Of a stretch of 64,000 nt of DNA, positions 55,542-64,000 are shown piece after piece. The translations under genes and the position numbers were made by a program. Source of the DNA: an uncultured Bacteroidales bacterium (GTDB lineage: Bacteria; Bacteroidota; Bacteroidia; Bacteroidales; PWNQ01); assembly GCA_964477095.1 (NCBI GenBank), contig CAYZDA010000008.1, forward strand, positions 276 to 64,275, read 5' to 3'. Numbering within the stretch: the stretch's first letter is position 1; each line of letters begins with the position of its first letter. Under the pieces are notes generated by a model. That model did not search any database. It worked only from the letters and a program-made list of their open reading frames with translations, and was not told where the DNA came from.

Positions 55542-56435
55542 TTATTTCCTGGTGAATTCTAAAATACGCTGCTCTTCAAAACTACGGTAGCTGTATGATT
55601 CAAGTATTTTTCCCTTGTCCAGTATAAATATCACCGGAAGTGACCCATCTGTTATTTTAAGAAACTCCATGGGATCTATGGATATGTTCTCGATCTCTTC
55701 CAGCCCGTATTCAGTGATAAATGTCTCATTTGCTTTTTTGTTGTCACCCATAAAAACGATTAAGAAGGCTTGCTTGTGATCAGTTTTATCTTGAATGACT
55801 GATAGCTTTTGCGCCGCCATTTTGCAGAATCTGCATGAAGCACCAAAGAAAAAAGCCACCTTCTTTTTATTTTGAAGCTGATGTTTACTGATGAATGCTT
55901 CAAGCTTCTCTTTATTGAATGATGTTTTGTTTTTGTAGTTATTTCTTCTCAAAGAGTCTGGAGGCGAAACAATGAATACTAACGCTATGGATAAGAGCAA
56001 AAGCAGACTGAAAATTGCCGGACGGTATCGCTTGATCATATCTGCTGATTTTGCAGCAATGATCAGAAATATAATAAGTATTATATTCTTAATAATGGAG
56101 AGAGGATGTGATATCTCCACGGCATCTCCAAAGCAGTGACAGTGCTCATTGTTATTGCTGATCATAAGAAAACCAATAAAAGCAGTGAATATCACGAGCA
56201 TAAGTATTGAAACCTTAATAGCAAACTTTGAAAATATGCCCGTGGTCAGTAACAGCCCTAATAAAAGTTCTGCAGCTACAAGGAGCCTGGCTAATATCAT
56301 TGTCGCATCCAGGCTGAGTATGCCAAAGCTGTAAACATATAATTCAAAAGTGTCCAGGGACAATAGTTTAAGGACTGCTGAAATAATGAAAATAGTCCCT
56401 GTTAGAACTTTTGTGATGAACGGAATTCGCAACAT
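55542..56435 (-). CDS. MauE/DoxX membrane protein fused to a thioredoxin-like domain
   Basis: FIISAVLK, ELLLG, CHCFGD, KN (MauE). C-terminal CRFC and P.I (thioredoxin-like). Confidence 0.85.
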   Translation of the reverse strand: MLRIPFITKVLTGTIFIISAVLKLLSLDTFELYVYSFGILSLDATMILARLLVAAELLLGLLLTTGIFSKFAIKVSILMLVIFTAFIGFLMISNNNEHCHCFGDAVEISHPLSIIKNIILIIFLIIAAKSADMIKRYRPAIFSLLLLLSIALVFIVSPPDSLRRNNYKNKTSFNKEKLEAFISKHQLQNKKKVAFFFGASCRFCKMAAQKLSVIQDKTDHKQAFLIVFMGDNKKANETFITEYGLEEIENISIDPMEFLKITDGSLPVIFILDKGKILESYSYRSFEEQRILEFTRK

Positions 56436-56448
56436 AATTCAGCTAAAT

Positions 56449-56492
56449 AAAAAAAAGGGTATATTACTTGTTGATTGTCGCTAATATACCCT
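56449..56492 (-). terminator. Intergenic terminator or attenuator hairpin
   Basis: AGGGTATATTA ... TAATATACCCT 11-bp stem with a U-tract on the minus strand. Confidence 0.7.
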
Positions 56493-56513
56493 GTTTTTGA
56501 ATAAAAGAAGATA

Positions 56514-56711
56514 CTAAATTTCTTTGCATTCAATTTTAGAAGTGCCCATGTCTTTTTCCAAACTGCTACAGTCGTCTTCTTCAATAGTGAAGGTGTTAGT
56601 ATCAACTACATTGCCGTTCGAAATCGTATCACATTCACATTCGATTTCTTTGTTGCAGCTACTTAAAGCAAAAAGAGCAACTACGCTTAAAGCCAGAAAT
56701 ACTTTTTTCAT
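56514..56711 (-). CDS. Small Cys-rich lipoprotein (65 aa)
   Basis: MKKVFLALSVVALFALSS-C lipobox. Mature part has CxC...C...C (four further Cys). Confidence 0.8.
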   Translation of the reverse strand: MKKVFLALSVVALFALSSCNKEIECECDTISNGNVVDTNTFTIEEDDCSSLEKDMGTSKIECKEI

Positions 56712-56952
56712 TTTGATTGGGTTTTTTTGTTTTGCCTCTTTTTTTAATAATGGGTTTCGGCTTTCCCACAAAACATTTTTATTAAATAACGAAAGTATAA
56801 AAATTGATTTATAAAAACAATAATTATGGAGAAATATTCAAAACTTATTAAAAAAGCGTTGTTAATAACCTGTGTAGGTCATGTATAAGCAGCTTTATAA
56901 CTGATGTGGCAGTAGTGGCATGGATGTTATTATTTTACAAATAGGTAGGAGT

Positions 56953-56989
56953 AAAAAAAAAGAGATGCTGAATAATTTGCATCTCTTTT
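56953..56989 (-). terminator. Terminator of the S9 peptidase gene
   Basis: AAAAGAGATGC...GCATCTCTTTT with an A9 run. Confidence 0.85.
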
Positions 56990-57015
56990 ATGTAGAAAAT
57001 CCTGGTTATTCAGAA

Positions 57016-59127
57016 TTATTTGAGATATTTATCCAGCCAGGCATAAAACTCCCGGTGCCATAGTACCGAATTTTGAGGCTTTAGTACAAAGTGCGATTCA
57101 TCCGGAAAGAACAACAATTTACTTGGCACATCACGCAGCTGGGCTGCATTAAACGCCTGCAGGCTTTCAGTATATGGAATCCTGAAGTCGTTTGCCCCTG
57201 TTATTATCATAATCGGAGTATCCCAATTATCAACATACAGATGAGGGGAGAATTCAGTGTAGCTCTTTGGCTTTGGCTCCTGCCAGTAAGGCCCTTCCAG
57301 GTCCTGGTTCACAAACCAGTATTCTTCTGTGGCGCCATACTGGCTTTCCAGGTTGAACATACCACAATGAGAGATAAAGCAGGCAAAGCGGTCGCTGTGT
57401 TTTCCGGCCAGATAGAATACTGAAAAACCGCCGTAACTGGCTCCCACGGCACCCAGCTTGTTTTCATCAACGTAAGGCTCTTCAGCCAAAGCATTAATCG
57501 CCGACATATAGTCCCGGATGTTTTGGCCGCCATAGTCCCCGCTGATCTGATCGTTCCATTCCTGTCCGAATGAAGGAAGACCACGACGGTTTGGCGCTAC
57601 TACAATATAATCGTGAGCAGCCATCATCTGGAAATTCCAGCGATAGCTGAAAAACTGGCTAACGGCACTTTGCGGACCACCCTGGCAATAAAGTAACGCC
57701 GGATATTTTTTGTTTTTATCAAAGTTAGGTGGATAGATCACCCATACCAGCATCTTTTTACCGTCAGTGGTTTCCACCCAGCGCTCCTCGCTGTGGGCTA
57801 AAGTGATCTCTTCAAGCATATCATCATTTACATGACTCAGTTGCTCTTCCTGTCCCCCCATTGTAATGGTAAAAATCTCTGTGGGCAGCGCCATGGACTG
57901 CTTGGCTCCGATCAGTTTGTCGCCTGCAGGCGCTACACTCACGTAATTATGTTTTCCTTCCGTGATCTGTCTGATTTCTCCGCTTTTGACATCCAGCTCG
58001 TAAATCTGATAGGTGGCATGTATTCCACTGATGAAATACAGCTTACTTGCGTCTTCACTCCAAACAAAGCCATGTGAACTTTGATCAAATTTTTCACTCA
58101 TGTCATTAATTTCACCTGTTTCCAGGTTTTTGACTATAATTCGCTCCTTGTCTGATTCAAAACCCGGGGTTGCCATGCTTTTCCAGGCGATCATTTTTCC
58201 ATCAGGAGAATAAACCGGATCGTGATCATATCCATCGAATTTCTCTTTTGTGAGGTTTTCGGTTTCACCGGTTTCCAGATCATAAATATATATCTCTGAA
58301 TTGGTGCTTACCGTGTATTCCTTTCCGGTAAGTTTTTTTGCCACGTAGGCTATTTTGCTGCCATCAGGGCTCCAGGTGATCTGCTCCATGCCTCCCCATG
58401 GGTTTAGCGGGCTGTCAAACCGTTCGCCTTCCATAATATCCTTGTGTTCTGTCAATCCTCCATCTTTATAGGAGGCATAAAAAACGTGGCTGTATTTGTA
58501 GTCGTGCCAGGCATCCCAGTGACGGTACATCATATCATCAATAATCCTGGCATTGGCTTTTGGCAGGTCTGGATATTTTTCATTAGCTGTCTCATCCAGC
58601 TTCACATCTTTTATGTACAGTATATGTTTCAGGCCGGGAGAGTATTCAAAACCTTTGATACCACCTTCCACTTCTGAGATCATGGTTTTGCCACCTCCCT
58701 CAGCATCCATTTCCCAAAGCTGCATATGGTCATTGTCATCCTTCGCCAGAAATCCTATTTTTTCACCATCAGGCCTCCAGCGTGCATTACTCTCTGATTC
58801 ATCTTCTGTTGAGGTGATATTTTTACTTTCCCCGGTTTCCACATCAACCAGAAACAGGTCGCTTTGGCCTGAGTTTTCCTCCAGCTTATATCTGCTAACA
58901 CCATATAATACTTTTTTACCATCGGGAGATACCTGTACATCAGCATTCACACGTCCCAGCTTCCAGAGCAGTTCGGCGCTCATCACGTTTGTAGATATCT
59001 TTTCCTCTTGTTCTGATAGGGTTTCAGCTTCTTTTTTTTCAGCTTCCTCCCGTTTTTTGTCTTCCTGCTTGCAGCTCCACAGGCCTGTAATTAATGCAGA
59101 CAGGATCAACAACGTCCATTTTTTCAT
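57016..59127 (-). CDS. S9 family peptidase (DPP5-like) lipoprotein
   Basis: Lipobox LWSC, PD40-like propeller repeats (SPDG), GGPQS, GASYGG, NDFRIP, DESHFV. Confidence 0.92.
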   Translation of the reverse strand: MKKWTLLILSALITGLWSCKQEDKKREEAEKKEAETLSEQEEKISTNVMSAELLWKLGRVNADVQVSPDGKKVLYGVSRYKLEENSGQSDLFLVDVETGESKNITSTEDESESNARWRPDGEKIGFLAKDDNDHMQLWEMDAEGGGKTMISEVEGGIKGFEYSPGLKHILYIKDVKLDETANEKYPDLPKANARIIDDMMYRHWDAWHDYKYSHVFYASYKDGGLTEHKDIMEGERFDSPLNPWGGMEQITWSPDGSKIAYVAKKLTGKEYTVSTNSEIYIYDLETGETENLTKEKFDGYDHDPVYSPDGKMIAWKSMATPGFESDKERIIVKNLETGEINDMSEKFDQSSHGFVWSEDASKLYFISGIHATYQIYELDVKSGEIRQITEGKHNYVSVAPAGDKLIGAKQSMALPTEIFTITMGGQEEQLSHVNDDMLEEITLAHSEERWVETTDGKKMLVWVIYPPNFDKNKKYPALLYCQGGPQSAVSQFFSYRWNFQMMAAHDYIVVAPNRRGLPSFGQEWNDQISGDYGGQNIRDYMSAINALAEEPYVDENKLGAVGASYGGFSVFYLAGKHSDRFACFISHCGMFNLESQYGATEEYWFVNQDLEGPYWQEPKPKSYTEFSPHLYVDNWDTPIMIITGANDFRIPYTESLQAFNAAQLRDVPSKLLFFPDESHFVLKPQNSVLWHREFYAWLDKYLK

Positions 59128-59232
59128 ATCATCAGGTTTTTAAATTGTAATACAACATTTTTACGTCCGAAATATAAAATGAAAACCGGACGGTTCCAAC
59201 AGTAAGGGCGTTAATTGTTTAATTCTGGTACC

Positions 59233-60252
59233 TTACTTTTGATCCAGACGGTTCAGGCCTTGAATTCCCAGACGGAAGTTTTCTTCCATCTCAAGCGTTT
59301 GCCGGTAGTGTTTTCTTGCTTCTTCGATGTCTCCCTGGAGCTCCAGTGCATATCCCAGATTATAAACAGCATTTACGTTTTGCGGATCTATATCCAGTAC
59401 CCGGCTGAAGTATTCCTCCGCTTTCTGATAGTTTTCCATCACAGTGAGGTTGATATACCCAAGGTTGTAATAAGCATTGATATTTTGCGGATTCACATCC
59501 AGCAAGCGATTGTATGTGTCAATGGCTTTTTCATATCTTTCCTGATCCTGGTAAAAGAAACCAAGGTTGTAAAGTGCCTCCTGACTTTCAGGCCGGGCAT
59601 CCAGGGCATTTTCATAATACAGCACTGCCAGGCTGTCGTCTTGTTCAGCTGCAATTATCCCCAATTGTATGAAAGCATCATAAAATTCCTGGTCCTGTTC
59701 AGTGGCCCGGTGGAAATCACGAATAGCTTTATCCGTATCACCTTTATCTTTATTAATCATTCCGCTGATGAAATAAATCCGCTCATCACCGGGAGCAAAA
59801 CTCAGTGCACGGTTTAAAAAACTAAAAGCCTGATTATGGTTGCCCCGGTACAAATGCAGCTGCGCCATCTTCAGCAGCGCATCCAGGTGATCGTTATCTT
59901 CAATAAGCACAGACTGCAATGCCTGCTCGGTTTTGGTAACCTGTCCCATGGCAAAATATATATCCGAAAGCGTGATGATATAATCCGCTTTGCGGCCACC
60001 CTTTTCTATGGCCGTGTTGATATCCGAAAGTGCTTTGTTGATTCTGGCATTTTCCATATGCAATTCGGCCCGCTTGTGATAAAGGTCTGCATCATCGGGC
60101 GTGGCTTTTATTCGGCGATTGACCGCTTCCATTTCACTCACCTCTGTGGTGTCCTGCTTTGGTGGTTCCTTTTTTTTGCTTTTATCATTATTACAGGCCA
60201 TAGCCGGAATAATGAAAAGCATTAAAACCATGATCCGGAGTTTTATATTCAT
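59233..60252 (-). CDS. TPR lipoprotein
   Basis: Lipobox AMAC, repeated A.YNLG TPR units. Confidence 0.85.
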   Translation of the reverse strand: MNIKLRIMVLMLFIIPAMACNNDKSKKKEPPKQDTTEVSEMEAVNRRIKATPDDADLYHKRAELHMENARINKALSDINTAIEKGGRKADYIITLSDIYFAMGQVTKTEQALQSVLIEDNDHLDALLKMAQLHLYRGNHNQAFSFLNRALSFAPGDERIYFISGMINKDKGDTDKAIRDFHRATEQDQEFYDAFIQLGIIAAEQDDSLAVLYYENALDARPESQEALYNLGFFYQDQERYEKAIDTYNRLLDVNPQNINAYYNLGYINLTVMENYQKAEEYFSRVLDIDPQNVNAVYNLGYALELQGDIEEARKHYRQTLEMEENFRLGIQGLNRLDQK

Positions 60253-60304
60253 ATTAGTATCATATTATATTTTAACTCTTCAGTTTTATTTACAGTGCAA
60301 AAAT

Positions 60305-60345
60305 AAAAAATCAATTTACTCCCGGCAGGAGTAAATTGATTTTTT
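60305..60345 (-). terminator. recA terminator (possibly bidirectional)
   Basis: AAAAAATCAATTTACTCC-cggca-GGAGTAAATTGATTTTTT. Confidence 0.88.
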
Positions 60346-60368
60346 GGTTCCGGTGCCAGGCTTATCAG

Positions 60369-61412
60369 CTAAACCGCTTCCTTTTCGGCATCACTGTAGA
60401 ATTCCATAATTTTCTTTTCAAGCTCCTCGGCCAGCTCAGGATTATCCATCAGCAACTGCTTTACTGCATCGCGGCCCTGGCCCAGTTTGGTTTCTCCATA
60501 GGAAAACCACGAACCGCTTTTTCGGATCACATTGGCTTCCACTCCCAGATCGACAATTTCACCAACCTTTGAGATACCTTCGCCATACATAATGTCGAAT
60601 TCCGCTTTGCGGAAAGGTGGAGCTACTTTGTTTTTCACCACCTTGGTACGGATGCGGTTTCCAGCCACGTTATCACCATTCTTGATCTGGCTTATTCTGC
60701 GAATATCAATCCTTACTGAAGCATAGAACTTCAGCGCGTTACCACCGGTAGTTGTTTCAGGATTACCAAACATCACACCGATCTTTTCGCGCAGCTGGTT
60801 GATGAATATGCAGGTAGCACCGGTTTTACTGATGGTGGAAGTAAGCTTACGCAACGCCTGTGACATCAGGCGGGCCTGCAATCCCATTTTGGAGTCGCCC
60901 ATTTCGCCTTCCAGCTCACTCTTTGGTGTAAGAGCAGCTACCGAGTCAATTACAATAATATCAATAGCGCCGGAGCGGATCAGATTATCGGTAATTTCCA
61001 GTGCCTGCTCGCCATTATCAGGCTGTGAAACCAGCAGATTTTCAATATCCACACCCAGTTTTTTGGCATAGAATCGGTCAAAAGCATGCTCGGCATCAAT
61101 AAAAGCAGCTATGCCGCCTGCTTTTTGGGCTTCAGCTATGGCATGGATGGCCAGGGTGGTTTTACCTGATGATTCCGGGCCGTAGATCTCCACAACGCGT
61201 CCACGTGGTAATCCACCAATGCCAAGTGCCATATCCAGGCCCAGAGAACCCGTGGATATATGCGGTAGGTCTTCAACGGCATCATCACCCAGCTTCATGA
61301 TCGTGCCCTTACCATATGATTTCTCAATATTACTGATTGTCCGTTCCAGTGCCTGCAATTTCTCTTTATTCACAGCAGCTTTCTCCTGGTTTTCTTTGGT
61401 TTGTTTTGCCAT
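60369..61412 (-). CDS. recA: Recombinase RecA
   Basis: [43 protein letters not shown]. Confidence 0.98.
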   Translation of the reverse strand: MAKQTKENQEKAAVNKEKLQALERTISNIEKSYGKGTIMKLGDDAVEDLPHISTGSLGLDMALGIGGLPRGRVVEIYGPESSGKTTLAIHAIAEAQKAGGIAAFIDAEHAFDRFYAKKLGVDIENLLVSQPDNGEQALEITDNLIRSGAIDIIVIDSVAALTPKSELEGEMGDSKMGLQARLMSQALRKLTSTISKTGATCIFINQLREKIGVMFGNPETTTGGNALKFYASVRIDIRRISQIKNGDNVAGNRIRTKVVKNKVAPPFRKAEFDIMYGEGISKVGEIVDLGVEANVIRKSGSWFSYGETKLGQGRDAVKQLLMDNPELAEELEKKIMEFYSDAEKEAV

Positions 61413-61451
61413 AGTTCCTTGTTTTATTAGTGTTCAAAGATATTCATTTTT

Positions 61452-61916
61452 TTACGATTTCATGCTGTCCAGGATTTGTTCAGCATGGCTTTTGGTTTTC
61501 ACTTTTGTGAAGATTTTTTCAATAATTCCCTCACCGTTAATAACGAAAGTGGTCCGGTGAATGCCATCAAATTCACGACCCATAAATTTCTTTGGTCCCC
61601 ACACCCCAAATGCATTGATCACTTCTTTTTCTGTATCGGGGATTAACGGATAGGGCAGATCGTTTTTAGCCTTGAAATTTTGCTGCCGTTTTGTCGAATC
61701 AGCGCTTACACCCAAAAGTGCATATCCCTTTTGCTGTAATTCACGGTTGTAATCCCTAAGGTTACAGGCCTCAGCCGTGCAACCGGGAGTAGATGCTTTC
61801 GGGTAGAAAAAAACGATCAGCTTTCTTCCTTTATAATCATCAAGTTTAACTACGTTCCCCTGTTCATCCTGCGCCGAAAACCGTGGCGCCTTTTCACCTT
61901 CTTTTAAATGTGTCAT
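61452..61916 (-). CDS. bcp: Thioredoxin-dependent thiol peroxidase Bcp
   Basis: FYPKASTPGCTAEAC, GVS.D, RTTF.I. Confidence 0.93.
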   Translation of the reverse strand: MTHLKEGEKAPRFSAQDEQGNVVKLDDYKGRKLIVFFYPKASTPGCTAEACNLRDYNRELQQKGYALLGVSADSTKRQQNFKAKNDLPYPLIPDTEKEVINAFGVWGPKKFMGREFDGIHRTTFVINGEGIIEKIFTKVKTKSHAEQILDSMKS

Positions 61917-62036
61917 CGTAAATTTGTTTTCTGTAATAAAATTATAAAAAAATATTGGAAATAAACAAAGAAATATTAAAAAAAGTTTCTGCCGTTCTTT
62001 TCCGGATCAAAGAAGAAAAGTAGAAAAGAAACGATA

Positions 62037-62201
62037 AGGGCGGCCCCGCCGAAAAGGCGGGACGGTCTGCGGCTATTAGCTGGCCCCGGCAGGCCGCGGG
62101 TTTGTAAGCTATGGACAACGAGCTTCCTTTGGTCGCTGTTGCCATAGCACAAACCCCATGCAGCCTGCCGGCACCAGGCTAACCGCCTACGCCCTGCCGC
62201 A
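62037..62201. repeat. GC-rich long palindromic REP/Flavo-1-like element
   Basis: Nested stems AGGGCG/CGCCCT, CCCGCC/GGCGGG, CCGGCAGGC/GCCTGCCGG, GGGTTTGT/ACAAACCC, GCTATGG/CCATAGC. Apical GAGCTTCCTTTGGTCGCT. Confidence 0.7.
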
Positions 62202-62410
62202 CTGCTCGCCAGGGTTAAAGCTTATTGTGCTTTGTCAATCTTTTCGTACAGCGAATAACCCTAAAATGATGCACCTCGCGAGATACCATAATATAGAGGA
62301 GTGTTTCCGAAAAATATCTTGATTATGTCGCTGTTTCCAGCCCGCCCGAAAGTGCAGGATCGCATCGGATATACACCCGGATAGAGCATGGAAATCATTT
62401 GGAATTAGTT

Positions 62411-63058
62411 TTAATCAGTGGCGTGATATTTTTCATTGTAACGGCAATACTCACTGATGGGACATTCGCTGCATTTGGGATTTCTCGCAGTACAGATATA
62501 CCGTCCGTGAAGGATAAGCCAGTGATGGGCGAGCGGGATTTTTTCTTCGGGAATATAACGTACGAGTTGCTTTTCGGCCTGTAGTGGATTTCTGGCCCTG
62601 GTAGTCAACCCGATTCTGTCTGCTACACGGAAAACATGGGTATCCACGGCAAGGGCTGGCTTGTTGTAAACCACTGATGCTATAACATTGGCGGTTTTCC
62701 GTCCTACACCGGGCAATTTCTGTAGTTCTTTCACATCCGGTGGTACCACACCATCAAATTCCTCCAGCAGGGTTTTAGCCATACCCAGTAGGTGCTTTGC
62801 TTTATTATTGGGGTATGAGCAGCTCTTTATATAGGAATATACCTCATCCTGTGAAGCTGCTGCCAGTGATGCGGGTTCGGGAAAGCGTGCAAAAAAAGGA
62901 GGAGTAAGCAAGTTAACGCGTTTATCCGTGCATTGTGCGGATAAAATAACAGCAACCAGTAACTGGTACGGATTGGCATATACCAGCTCCGTTTCAGCTA
63001 CTGGTTGCTGTTCAGAGAAATAACCTAAAACCTTCTCAAATCGTTCTTTCTTTTGCAT
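62411..63058 (-). CDS. nth: Endonuclease III
   Basis: LSAQCTD, LPGVGRKTANV, VDTHV, CTARNPKCSEC.....C Fe-S motif. Confidence 0.96.
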   Translation of the reverse strand: MQKKERFEKVLGYFSEQQPVAETELVYANPYQLLVAVILSAQCTDKRVNLLTPPFFARFPEPASLAAASQDEVYSYIKSCSYPNNKAKHLLGMAKTLLEEFDGVVPPDVKELQKLPGVGRKTANVIASVVYNKPALAVDTHVFRVADRIGLTTRARNPLQAEKQLVRYIPEEKIPLAHHWLILHGRYICTARNPKCSECPISEYCRYNEKYHATD

Positions 63059-63098
63059 ATCCTGTTATTTGTTGCAAAGATATGCAAACACGGGCACA

Positions 63099-63296
63099 TC
63101 AATTATGGATGATACCCGGATAATTTTTCGGCGCCAGGGGATGTGCATATACCCTGGAAAAGTTCAGGATATTGTTTATCACAGAACTGCCGGGTTGTTG
63201 CTGATGATTACCGTTGATGAGGAATTCATCAATAAAACGGTCGATTTCAGCATCTGAGAAGTGAGAAATCTCTTCAAGAGTAAATGTTGTATTCAT
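63099..63296 (-). CDS. Small hypothetical protein downstream of the ECF sigma factor
   Basis: Co-oriented between the sigma gene and nth. Motif P..SVINNILNFSR...IIHN. Confidence 0.55.
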   Translation of the reverse strand: MNTTFTLEEISHFSDAEIDRFIDEFLINGNHQQQPGSSVINNILNFSRVYAHPLAPKNYPGIIHN

Positions 63297-63372
63297 AGAC
63301 ATCAATTGGTTTATGTCTATAGCAAACGGAAGAGAAATCGGCTTATTATTGAAACTCTAAAAAAAAATTACA

Positions 63373-63966
63373 TTAATCGGTTGTAAGTACAAGCTTCTTC
63401 TCGTCAATGAGTTTGCGAAGATTGATCAGCGCGTAACGCATACGTCCGAGAGCGGTATTAATACTTACGTTCGTTTTCTCAGCGATTTCTTTAAAGCTCA
63501 TATCGCCATAGTGACGCATGATGAGCACCCGTTTTTGCTCCTCAGGCAAATGTTGGATAAGCTTACGCACATCATCATGGATTTGCCTGGTGATGATTTG
63601 ATCTTCAACTGAACCTTCCATCATGTCGATGGTATCAAAGATGTCGTACTCGTCCGTACCACGGGCCATAGATACTCGCTTTGCCTGACGAAAATGATCG
63701 ATCACCAGGTTATGCGCGATTCGCATTACCCACTGCAGGAATTTTCCTTCTTCCTGGTAAGAGCCGGACTGGAGTTTTTTAACCACCTTAATGAACGTGT
63801 CCTGAAATAAATCCTCAGCGAGGTTTTTATCCTTGACCATCATTAGGATATAACCAAATACCTTGTTCTGATGCTTTTGGATGATTTTTCCAAGAGCCGA
63901 CTGATTACCATCTAAGTATTGGCGGATCAGTTGCTGATCGCTTAAATGGTTCTGCATAAAATTCAC
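63373..63966 (-). CDS. ECF-type RNA polymerase sigma-70 factor
   Basis: AEDLFQDTF, W..RIAHN..IDHFR, LP.EQ, MSFKEIA, SINTALGRMRYA. Confidence 0.95.
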   Translation of the reverse strand: MNFMQNHLSDQQLIRQYLDGNQSALGKIIQKHQNKVFGYILMMVKDKNLAEDLFQDTFIKVVKKLQSGSYQEEGKFLQWVMRIAHNLVIDHFRQAKRVSMARGTDEYDIFDTIDMMEGSVEDQIITRQIHDDVRKLIQHLPEEQKRVLIMRHYGDMSFKEIAEKTNVSINTALGRMRYALINLRKLIDEKKLVLTTD

Positions 63967-64000
63967 CTTTCTTGTTTAATAACTTAAGGGTAAATTATGT

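Noticed and set aside
59215-60225. Long antisense ORFs over TPR and other housekeeping genes
   Set aside because: Typical antisense shadows of well-supported genes.
62037-62201. SRP RNA or tRNA
   Set aside because: It lacks the SRP domain IV GNRA loop/AGCAG motif and any cloverleaf or T-loop on either strand.

Overview
Chromosomal segment from a Bacteroidota (Bacteroidales-like) genome, judged from TAnnTTTG promoters, a T9SS C-terminal sorting domain and typical gene neighbourhoods. Bases 1-14.7 kb are a mosaic accessory region. It holds AT-rich orphan and degraded genes, a truncated AlbA/Schlafen-type fragment, and a GC-rich 3388-aa T9SS-secreted protein with four ALK/LTK-like glycine-rich modules and an apparently exact 1450-bp internal duplication. 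Two diverged copies of a ~100-117 nt 'promoter + TTTTTAGACGGACTGnnGTTGTG' element bracket that gene, and each precedes an AT-rich cassette-like gene. The remainder is mostly housekeeping: miaA, smpB, aroE, comA-family, glmM, ilvE, mscS, htpG, cydAB, lptF/G, sucC, pepE, S9 peptidase, recA, bcp, nth and an ECF sigma factor. Other leads include adjacent BlaI-family and RHH-like regulators ending in sliding-clamp-binding-like motifs, a small Cys-rich lipoprotein next to a MauE/DoxX-thioredoxin fusion, a candidate structured sRNA, a Flavo-1-like palindromic element and a 105-bp MITE. No rRNA, tRNA, CRISPR array or intact integrase/transposase was seen. All family assignments are from motif recognition, not database searches.
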